Made by a program: the position numbers and the translations under genes. Shown in pieces: positions 15,333 to 21,866 of a DNA stretch of 32,000 bases; positions within the stretch are counted from its first letter, which is position 1, and every line of letters begins with the position of its first letter. The notes under the pieces are model-generated. The model saw only the letters and a list, made by a program, of their open reading frames with translations. It did no database searches and was not told the origin of the DNA. This DNA is from Candidatus Nanosynbacter lyticus (lineage in GTDB: Bacteria > Patescibacteriota > Saccharimonadia > Saccharimonadales > Saccharimonadaceae). The stretch covers positions 630,001 through 662,000 of the forward strand of contig NZ_CP124549.1 in NCBI RefSeq assembly GCF_030253515.1, read 5' to 3'.

Positions 15333-16598
15333 ATGTCACGACAGATTCTCAGTACACTCATCGGCAAAACCGTCAAACAAGCCGCTCGCCTACGCGGCGG
15401 CGGCTCGGCACTCCCGGGGCTCGTGATTGAAAAGATCGACCCGGGTTTTATCACTCGCACTCTGGCGCAAATACCGCACGGTGTGGTGGTTATCAGCGGC
15501 ACCAACGGCAAAACCACCACTACTAAGATTGTCGTTGAACTGCTCGAGGCGGCCGGCCTCAAGGTTTTCACCAATCGCACGGGCAGTAATTTCTCGCGCG
15601 GCGTGGCAGCAGCACTGCTCGGCGAGGTCGATATGCGCGGGCGGCTGGATGCCGACATCGCGGTGCTGGAGCTTGACGAGGCCTGGGCAGTCAAGTTTGT
15701 TCAATTAGTACCGCCACGCTACAGCCTGCTGCTCAATGTCATGCGCGATCAGCTGGATCGGTTTGGCGAGATCGACACGGCAGCTGGTTTCTTGGCAAAA
15801 ATCGCCCAGGCAACCACTGATACCGTGGTGCTCAACCGCGACGACCCGCGCATCTATCGCCTGCACCAAAATACGGCAGCGGACGTAGCGTTTTTTGGCA
15901 CAACCGACCAGCTGCTCGAGCTGATGCCGACTGACGATGCGCTCAAGACTGGCCATGCTCAGGCCAACCAGACAGCTCCGGCTGACGTACTGCTCATGGA
16001 CATCGATAAGCAAACGGCGACCTTTCACATTGACAATGCCAAGCACGCGGTGCCGATGCGACTGAATGGCGTGTATAACTTGCTCAATGCAGCGGCGGCG
16101 CTGAGTTTGGTCCGGCAAATTACAGGAGAGAAAGCCGAGCTGACGACGTTACTAGGCGCCCTGTCGGACGTAGCGCCGGCATTCGGTCGAGGCGAGACCA
16201 TCGTGATTGACGGCACACCGATTGAGCTGATTCTCGTGAAAAATCCGAGCGGCTTTCGGCTCAGCCTGCTGTCATTTGCCGACGGGACGGCGGATACGAT
16301 GATTGCCATCAACGACAACTACGCCGACGGACGCGACGTTAGCTGGCTGTGGGACGTGGATGTTTCACGCCTCGAGCAGGTGGCGGTGGTCAGCGGCGTA
16401 CGCGCCCATGACATGGCACTGCGGCTAGGGTATGATGATATTACGCCAGAAATAATCGAGCCAGATTTAGCGGCGGCGTTGGAGAAATTACTAGCCCATC
16501 ATCCACGCAAACCAAAACATATTTACTGTACCTACACGGCGATGATGCGACTGCGCAAATTATTAGCAATCAAAACCGATGTGGAGGCCATCCGATGA
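15333..16598 (+). CDS. murT: Mur ligase-like subunit of lipid II isoglutaminyl synthase (MurT)
   Basis: P-loop ISGTNGKTTT. The C-terminal DUF1727-type motif DNYADGRDVSWLWDVD is present. ATGA overlap with the following amidotransferase gene. Confidence 0.85.
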   Translation: MSRQILSTLIGKTVKQAARLRGGGSALPGLVIEKIDPGFITRTLAQIPHGVVVISGTNGKTTTTKIVVELLEAAGLKVFTNRTGSNFSRGVAAALLGEVDMRGRLDADIAVLELDEAWAVKFVQLVPPRYSLLLNVMRDQLDRFGEIDTAAGFLAKIAQATTDTVVLNRDDPRIYRLHQNTAADVAFFGTTDQLLELMPTDDALKTGHAQANQTAPADVLLMDIDKQTATFHIDNAKHAVPMRLNGVYNLLNAAAALSLVRQITGEKAELTTLLGALSDVAPAFGRGETIVIDGTPIELILVKNPSGFRLSLLSFADGTADTMIAINDNYADGRDVSWLWDVDVSRLEQVAVVSGVRAHDMALRLGYDDITPEIIEPDLAAALEKLLAHHPRKPKHIYCTYTAMMRLRKLLAIKTDVEAIR

Positions 16599-17314
16599 CG
16601 ATCACGATTATTCAATTGTATCCGCGCGATATGAACCTATATGGCGACTGGGGCAATACGCTGGCGCTGAAAAAGCGGCTGGAATGGCGCGGCTTTACGG
16701 TCCGTATTATCGATCATAATCCGGGCGATACGACTGATTTTATGGCGGGAGATATATTTATCGGCGGTGGTGGCCAGGATGCCGGGCAAGAAATTATCCA
16801 GGACGATTTGCTGGCGCGAGCGGATGAGCTACGGCGCTTAGCGGAGAGCGGCGTGCCGATGTTGATGATCTGTGGTATGTATCAATTATTTGGCCGGGCG
16901 TTCACCACACATGATGGGCACGTGATTCGTGGTGCGGGGATTTTACCGCTAGAGACATACGCCAAGGCAGAGCGACTGATCGGCAACATCACGCTCGAGA
17001 GCGAGGAATTCGGACAGATCGTCGGTTATGAAAATCATAGCGGCCAGACACTGCTCGACGACGGAGTGTTGCCGCTCGGGCGCGTGGTGCGGGGCGCTGG
17101 TAATGATGAGACTGGCCAAGTTGAGGGCGCGAGGCTGCACAACATCGTGGCGACGTACCTGCACGGACCGATCTTGCCAAAGAATCCACGGCTCGCTGAT
17201 TTTTTGATCACCGTGGCGCTCGCACGAAAAGGCTATACCGATAAGCTCAGCACGCTACCCATCGACCGCACCGCAGAACATGCACAACGAGTGGCGATGG
17301 AGCGAGGACGGTAA
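16595..17314 (+). CDS. gatD: glutamine amidotransferase subunit of lipid II isoglutaminyl synthase (GatD, CobQ/CobB-type GATase)
   Basis: Nucleophile Cys in LMICGMYQLFG and His in TYLHGP. Coupled to murT. Confidence 0.85.
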   Translation: MTITIIQLYPRDMNLYGDWGNTLALKKRLEWRGFTVRIIDHNPGDTTDFMAGDIFIGGGGQDAGQEIIQDDLLARADELRRLAESGVPMLMICGMYQLFGRAFTTHDGHVIRGAGILPLETYAKAERLIGNITLESEEFGQIVGYENHSGQTLLDDGVLPLGRVVRGAGNDETGQVEGARLHNIVATYLHGPILPKNPRLADFLITVALARKGYTDKLSTLPIDRTAEHAQRVAMERGR

Positions 17315-17326
17315 GCTCAGTGCGGC

Positions 17327-17716
17327 CTAGCGGTCGCTAATGGAGACGGTGTTATTAAAATAATCAACCTTAAAACCCTTAGGGTCATCAAGGAGTGCCA
17401 TAACAGCTTCTCCTTCAAAAAAGCTGTAGGGAGGCTTAGTCATTACGCCTATAAGATCTGACCAACACATGCTTCCATCGTTAGTCTGTAATATTTCTCG
17501 AACAGCCACTTGGCGCTCTCTGTGTTTACATACGGTATTTTTTGACCCCCCAACTGCAACCTTGCCTAAAACTTTCTCTGCTGCCTCACGGCCCAGCCGC
17601 TTATCTTGCTCTTCTTCAGAGGTGCCTAATTCAGTGAGTTCAGCGCGTGATTCATCCATCGGGACAAGTCGCTTAAAATTGGGGTTTTTAGAAATCTGCT
17701 CATGACCTCCACTCAT
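17327..17716 (-). CDS. hypothetical 129-aa protein
   Basis: Only the 3' third of ORF 17327..18406 is used. ATG 17716 is preceded by GGAAGGAG, with a TGGTATAAT box further upstream. No domain recognised. Confidence 0.65.
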   Translation of the reverse strand: MSGGHEQISKNPNFKRLVPMDESRAELTELGTSEEEQDKRLGREAAEKVLGKVAVGGSKNTVCKHRERQVAVREILQTNDGSMCWSDLIGVMTKPPYSFFEGEAVMALLDDPKGFKVDYFNNTVSISDR

Positions 17717-17749
17717 TCTTACGCTCCTTCCATTATAGTCACTGTTTTG

Positions 17750-17758
17750 ATTATACCA
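17750..17758 (-). promoter_or_regulatory. extended -10 promoter (TGGTATAAT)
   Basis: The minus strand reads TGGTATAAT, about 34 nt upstream of ATG 17716. Confidence 0.5.
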
Positions 17759-17818
17759 GAAGCTGGTTAGTAGCGTAAGATTACAGGAACGGGCGTGTAT
17801 TATAACCACAACAGACTG

Positions 17819-17877
17819 AAAACGCCCCCGGAGCGGAGCTCCGAGGGCGCGTGTTCGAACAAGATGAGTGTGGTCGG
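17819..17877. repeat. direct repeat copy A (orphan copy of the tRNA-Pro 3' end plus terminator)
   Basis: 57 of 59 nt are identical to 20510-20568. It contains the hairpin CGCCCCCGG (17823-17831) / CCGAGGGCG (17841-17849). On the minus strand this hairpin has a G-U pair rather than a C-A mismatch and is followed by TTTT. Confidence 0.9.
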
Positions 17878-18508
17878 CTACGTCCCCTGCCCCTTGAATG
17901 AGTCCTCGTTCCTTATCCAGCCGACCCTGCCGGAGCTGCAGCGGTTGGCTGAGGTGATGGGGTCGTTGCCGACGGACGGGCCAGCTGGTATCGCAGCGAT
18001 GATCGAAGTAGCGGAACAGCTGCCAACGAACGCATCGGCTAACGCTGCCCTGATGATCGAGGAGGTGGCTCAGCTGGCGCCCCATGAGGCGGAGCGTGAT
18101 GCTGTGCGCGTACCAAATGATGTTGCTGTGACGTCCACGCCGGTAACAGCTGCTATGGATGAATATCCTTGCTGTGTCATGTCCGGGCGGCGAGACGGCG
18201 CTTCGGATTCCCGTCGGGTGCGGCGTCGGCTTTCGCCTGAGACCATTGCCCAGGTTGTGGAACGCTACCAGACGGGGGCGACGGCGGCGGAGCTTGGTGC
18301 TGAGCATGGTGTGTCGAAGAACGGCATGCTCAAGCTGCTGCGTGAGCAAGGGGTGCAGATTCGTGCCAAATCTCTGCCAATCGCGGTCGTCACTCAGGCC
18401 AAGCATCTGTACGAGCGTGGCATGTCGATGCGTCAGGTGTCGGAGCAGCTGGGCGTCTCACGCACCGCACTCAGGCGGAACTTCCGGGAGATGGGGGTTG
18501 GGGTGTGA
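17864..18508 (+). CDS. GC-rich protein with two tandem C-terminal HTH motifs (resolvase/transposase-N-terminal-like); start uncertain, possibly 5'-truncated
   Basis: ORF 17795..18508. HTH motifs: SPETIAQVVERYQTGATAAELGAEHGVSKNGMLKLLRE and AKHLYERGMSMRQVSEQLGVSRTALRRNFREMG. None of the in-frame ATGs has an SD. The 5' end runs into repeat copy A. Confidence 0.55.
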   Translation: MSVVGYVPCPLNESSFLIQPTLPELQRLAEVMGSLPTDGPAGIAAMIEVAEQLPTNASANAALMIEEVAQLAPHEAERDAVRVPNDVAVTSTPVTAAMDEYPCCVMSGRRDGASDSRRVRRRLSPETIAQVVERYQTGATAAELGAEHGVSKNGMLKLLREQGVQIRAKSLPIAVVTQAKHLYERGMSMRQVSEQLGVSRTALRRNFREMGVGV

Positions 18509-18723
18509 GGTATATTTATCGAAGTGACGTCAAACCTATGGTGGACACATGATGGAAGCTGGTGCCAGCGTAGGTTCTGCTAAACACATGTTGTATGCAG
18601 CAGCAGATTTGTTGCTGGCTGACACCTCAAGGAGGGGGCAGGAAGATAGTTGTGATTATACATGGTCATTCTCAAGTGTGCTTTAGTAAAGGTTTTACCG
18701 GTCGACGTGCTGCTTGTGAATAA

Positions 18724-18744
18724 GCCCCGGACTTAGTCCGGGGC
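18724..18744 (-). terminator. rho-independent terminator hairpin
   Basis: Stem GCCCCGGAC / GTCCGGGGC, loop TTA. On the minus strand it is followed by TTATT and lies directly after stop 18751. Confidence 0.55.
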
Positions 18745-18750
18745 GAGGAA

Positions 18751-18933
18751 TCACTTCCTATCTCTGGTGCTAGTGCCGAAGATGACTACCCAGTTACCCA
18801 CTAGAAAAATCATGGCACTTATGCAGCCGATGGCAAGGCACTCCCCACGACCGAAATCTGACAGGAGGAGTCCGACGTAGACTCCAACCAGGAGTGCGAG
18901 AAGAGAAAAGAAGTAGATTACGCGGAGGAACAT
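18751..18933 (-). CDS. small two-TM membrane protein (60 aa)
   Basis: ORF 18751..19050 trimmed to the only in-frame ATG at 18933 (MFLRVIYFFSLLALLVGVYVGLL...AMIFLVGNWVVIF). The annotated GTG 19050 is part of a TGTATAAT box. Confidence 0.5.
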   Translation of the reverse strand: MFLRVIYFFSLLALLVGVYVGLLLSDFGRGECLAIGCISAMIFLVGNWVVIFGTSTRDRK

Positions 18934-19041
18934 GAGTAGCCCCAATCTCTGGTGTGATACTCGACACTCTTGTGTCGGGCTACTGATGGCCTGATCTGTA
19001 AGCAGCCAGTAGCCCGACGCGAGAAGATGTTCCTGATTGTT

Positions 19042-19049
19042 ATTATACA
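19042..19049 (-). promoter_or_regulatory. extended -10 promoter (TGTATAAT)
   Basis: The minus strand reads TGTATAAT. The transcript would carry a leader of about 100 nt with strong hairpins before ATG 18933. Confidence 0.45.
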
Positions 19050-19085
19050 CTATTTTTGCAAAAAGTCTATACGAAAAGGTGGTAA

Positions 19086-19727
19086 ATGATGGATACTGCG
19101 CGGCATATGAAAATTAGCACAGTGGCCGCTGTGCTAGGCGTAGTTGTAGCCGCTATTGGCATACCCGCAACCTTTGTTGTGCCAGAGATTCGATGCTGGT
19201 CCGGATTGGATAAACCTGATAAATGTCAGGGACCCGTCGCAGTTCCTTCGCCGTTATCCCCCGGCAAAGAAGGGGGCGGAACGCCAACTAGCTCTCCGGC
19301 GACTGTTGAGCCCTCGGCGACAACTTTACAGCCACGCGAAACCGAGACAACTACTTCACTAGGTGGGACAACTGATACTCCTAGCTCGAACCCTCCCGAG
19401 ACTTCGCTGCCCCCGATCGTCGATGAACTAAAAAATCCCCACTACTATACACATGATAAAGAGTATACTGGTAGAGTATGGATCAATATTATTCCAACTT
19501 CAGCAAATGAAGGGAAACAACATACTATCCGTATCATTTGGGGGGCGGTTAAGTATGAAAATACCTTCAGAGTTGGTGACTCTTCGAGTCTTGTGCATGA
19601 GAAAACCAAGCCCGACAGTGTCCGTATGGACGTTTATGTGGAGCCCGCAGCGCGAGTGGAGTTTGGAGTAGGAAGGCCTCCTAGTAAGCATGTCATTGAT
19701 ATAAAGGACGGGTGGACTAAGCGGTAG
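19086..19727 (+). CDS. membrane-anchored or secreted protein with a Pro/Thr/Ser-rich linker and an unknown C-terminal domain (213 aa)
   Basis: AAAGGTGG lies before ATG 19086/19089. N-terminal hydrophobic helix ISTVAAVLGVVVAAIGIPATFVV, then a PT-rich linker and a beta-rich-looking C-terminus. Confidence 0.7.
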   Translation: MMDTARHMKISTVAAVLGVVVAAIGIPATFVVPEIRCWSGLDKPDKCQGPVAVPSPLSPGKEGGGTPTSSPATVEPSATTLQPRETETTTSLGGTTDTPSSNPPETSLPPIVDELKNPHYYTHDKEYTGRVWINIIPTSANEGKQHTIRIIWGAVKYENTFRVGDSSSLVHEKTKPDSVRMDVYVEPAARVEFGVGRPPSKHVIDIKDGWTKR

Positions 19728-19908
19728 ATAAGACTGGACACATACTCTCTTGCTGAGTGCTTTCTCTTCTTGGGTACTCGCTGGAACCGATCTTCGGATT
19801 CAATGCTGAGACTTACCCGCGGTCACCCTCAAACATACCCTGGCTGGGGGGTTTAGCTGGCTGACACACTGCCTATGAACTAGGCCTCACAGAGTCCCTA
19901 AACTCTAC

Positions 19909-20265
19909 CTACTCAAGCCCCAGATGAGCCTCAACCACATGCAGCCGCTTGTCCAGCGCTCGCCATTTCTTGTCCTGGGTGTCCCAGCCAACTGTGTCAG
20001 CGTGCTCGCGAGAGCCTTCCTCGAGGAATAAGCGGGTGCGTAGCGAAGCCAGTTCGGCCTTGAGATCACTTTGGGTGGCCATGACCTTCTTGAAATTATG
20101 ATCAGTCTTCAGTTCAAACAGCTGGAAGACGTCGTCGCTGTTCTTGATGTCTTCGCGGATAGCGGCCTGGCCTTTCTCGAGATCGTTCAGGCGCTTGTCC
20201 ATAGCTTCAAAGCGTTTGTCTATCTGCTCTGTCAATGTATTAATCTTCGCTAATATTTCGTCCAT
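19909..20265 (-). CDS. hypothetical coiled-coil protein (118 aa)
   Basis: Perfect SD AAGGAGGA lies 7 nt before ATG 20265. The N-terminal half has a heptad-like charged sequence. Confidence 0.7.
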   Translation of the reverse strand: MDEILAKINTLTEQIDKRFEAMDKRLNDLEKGQAAIREDIKNSDDVFQLFELKTDHNFKKVMATQSDLKAELASLRTRLFLEEGSREHADTVGWDTQDKKWRALDKRLHVVEAHLGLE

Positions 20266-20508
20266 GTAATATCCTCCTTATATCTATTAAATCATGGCTG
20301 TTACTAGCAAACAAGGGGGTAGTTTCCGGATCCGTTTCACCCACCCCCGCTCCCTCTCTCCGCTCACTTCACCCCTGGTCACTCCGAACACTGGACTTCG
20401 TCCCCTCAGAAATCTGATGACAAAGGGGCGACACGCCCTCTCCTTTAGCAAGAATCCTGTCTTTAAGGATTTCATTAAGACGATTTATCTCACCCCTGCT
20501 ACATCGAC

Positions 20509-20540
20509 AAAAACGCCCCCGGAGCGGAACCCCGAGGGCG
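20509..20540 (-). terminator. rho-independent terminator of tRNA-Pro
   Basis: The minus strand reads CGCCCTCGG-9 nt-CCGGGGGCG followed by TTTTT, 21 nt after the tRNA 3' end. Confidence 0.7.
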
Positions 20541-20568
20541 CGTGTTCGAACAAGATGAGTGTGGTCGG
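20510..20568. repeat. direct repeat copy B (contiguous with tRNA-Pro)
   Basis: It overlaps tRNA-Pro positions CCGACCA (20562-20568) and contains the tRNA terminator. Confidence 0.9.
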
Positions 20569-20638
20569 GGTGAAAGGACTCGAACCTTCGACCTCACGGT
20601 CCCAAACCGCGCGCGCTAGCCAACTGCGCCACACCCCG
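20562..20638 (-). tRNA. tRNA-Pro(TGG)
   Basis: Acceptor CGGGGTG/CACCCCG, anticodon stem CGCGG/CCGTG, loop TTTGGGA, T-loop TTCGAGT, encoded CCA. Confidence 0.92.
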
Positions 20639-20668
20639 AGAAGCTAATCTCGTTACTCACTCCGCTCC

Positions 20669-20677
20669 ATTCTACCA
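20669..20677 (-). promoter_or_regulatory. extended -10 promoter (TGGTAGAAT) for tRNA-Pro
   Basis: The minus strand reads TGGTAGAAT, about 30 nt upstream of the tRNA 5' end. Confidence 0.5.
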
Positions 20678-20747
20678 CACTTTACACATTAAATACAGCA
20701 ATAATTAGTGATTTCAGTTAATATATAGAAGACACTCTCTCATACTT

Positions 20748-21201
20748 ATGCCTGGTACTAAGCACATCACCCATACAATTCACCACCGACAAATGATATA
20801 TCTCTATACCATTGTTTGTGTGTATCTCACGCTGCCCATTCTCATTTGCATCGGTGTTATTCCTTGGAATATGAAGTTCGTGGCACTCGTCTTCGGTGTA
20901 GTAGCAATGTACATAGTGATGCGAATTCTCGGCCATACGCATAGCGACATCGGTATTCCGCGGCATCCTCAGCCGTATACTACAAGAACTACGGCTACAC
21001 CGAGTGCTGGAGCTTGGCGTAGCAGCCGCCCTTTTTGGTTATGTACATATCATCTACGGCGACGTACTCACCGTTGTTATCATGAGCATTGTTGGCCTTG
21101 TCTGGTACCGAGCGTACCAGCGCTCATCAAACCTCATCGGTGTAACGATAAGTCACGTGGTGCTTGGTGTGATGACGATTGCCCTGGGGATTATTGATTA
21201 A
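20748..21201 (+). pseudogene. CPBP (CAAX/Abi-type) intramembrane protease remnant, frame-shifted and internally shortened
   Basis: Frame A gives an N-terminal TM region (MIYLYTIVCVYLTLPILICIGV...). From about 20920, frame B gives FRGILSRIL...LFGYVH...ISHVVLG, which matches CPBP motifs 1-3. The EE preceding FRG is absent and the total length is too short. Confidence 0.45.
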
Positions 21202-21203
21202 CA

Positions 21204-21232
21204 TTGACAAGTTACCCCCCATTTTGTTTAAT
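21204..21232 (+). promoter_or_regulatory. sigma70 promoter (TTGACA-17-TTTAAT)
   Basis: Consensus -35 TTGACA (21204-21209), a 17-nt spacer and TTTAAT (21227-21232), 10 nt before ATG 21243. Confidence 0.55.
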
Positions 21233-21242
21233 GGTAAACAAG

Positions 21243-21866
21243 ATGAGAGGGATGGAACAAGGATCAAGACCAGAAACAAAAGAACCACAGCCAGAGTGCG
21301 AAGCACAGCAGAATCAAGCACTACGACTAGTACGATGGGCGGCACGGACAATGGGTAGCCTGCTTGGGCGCAAGAAGGAAAAGCGTGAGCAAATACCTGA
21401 GCTTTCCCCTGAGGCGGTGAAGCGCGCTCTGCTCGGGAGGGTTAAGCATTCAGCTGATAATGCGACTGGGCAATATTCAGATTCGTCAGAAGAGAATGTT
21501 CAGTACCCGTACATCAACCTTGATGACTCGCTTTATCGTTACCCTTTTCCGGCGGAATTGCTTCCAGGGCTAAAGCAATCGGAAACAACTCGCGAAGAGA
21601 TGGAGGAGCGAAGAGATGCTTGGAGTGATTTGTATTTTCATTTAATCGAGCAGCTTGGAAACATCAAGGCGATGACTTTGGCCTACGAAGAGCGCACCAC
21701 CAAGAAAATATCAAAAAGTGAATATGATTTGCTAGAAGAAAAGTATCAAGATTTACTAAAAGTATGCACCTTCGTTCTCGAAGAGCGAGATCGCCTCGAC
21801 AAGCTCATTCACACAGACCGCTACGTACCTCATGCGCGCTGGAGTGCAGATAGTATTTTTGCTTGA
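21243..21866 (+). CDS. hypothetical 207-aa charged protein
   Basis: ORF 21204..21866 trimmed to ATG 21243, because the annotated start is the -35 box. No domain recognised. The 3' end overlaps the convergent Nudix pseudogene by about 60 nt. Confidence 0.6.
   Translation: MRGMEQGSRPETKEPQPECEAQQNQALRLVRWAARTMGSLLGRKKEKREQIPELSPEAVKRALLGRVKHSADNATGQYSDSSEENVQYPYINLDDSLYRYPFPAELLPGLKQSETTREEMEERRDAWSDLYFHLIEQLGNIKAMTLAYEERTTKKISKSEYDLLEEKYQDLLKVCTFVLEERDRLDKLIHTDRYVPHARWSADSIFA

Larger units (their letters stand above)
17819..20568. mobile_element. putative integrated element or remnant at the tRNA-Pro 3' flank (2632-bp cargo between 59-bp direct repeats, no integrase seen)
   Basis: Direct repeats include the last 7 nt of tRNA-Pro. 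The cargo is four small orphan genes with their own signals. Composition is heterogeneous, with a GC-rich left end. Confidence 0.45.

Noticed and set aside
17864-17905. MSVVGYVPCPLNES as a degenerate serine-recombinase catalytic motif (GYxRVSTxxQ).
   Set aside because: Only the G-Y-V residues match and the catalytic Arg and Ser are absent. The first residues are encoded by the duplicated tRNA-flank sequence, so the resemblance is probably accidental.
17717-18406. The 359-aa minus-strand ORF 17327..18406 taken as one gene.
   Set aside because: Its 5' two-thirds is a shadow frame of the GC-rich plus-strand HTH gene and crosses the direct repeat and terminator. Only the last 129 codons have an SD and promoter.
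18640-18722. A possible 23-codon ORF (GTG 18651..TAA) after AAGGAGGGGG, ending at the 18724 hairpin.
   Set aside because: The spacing from the GGAGG core to the GTG is too long and the peptide has no features. I have no way to support it from sequence alone.
18509-18723. The 215-nt intergenic region as SRP RNA, 6S RNA or another known ncRNA.
   Set aside because: I could not find the conserved SRP domain IV motif or any other family signature by eye. It is left unannotated.
20294-20647. The 117-aa plus-strand ORF across repeat copy B and tRNA-Pro.
   Set aside because: It runs antisense through a tRNA gene and its terminator. The MSVVG segment is simply the repeated sequence, and there is no RBS.
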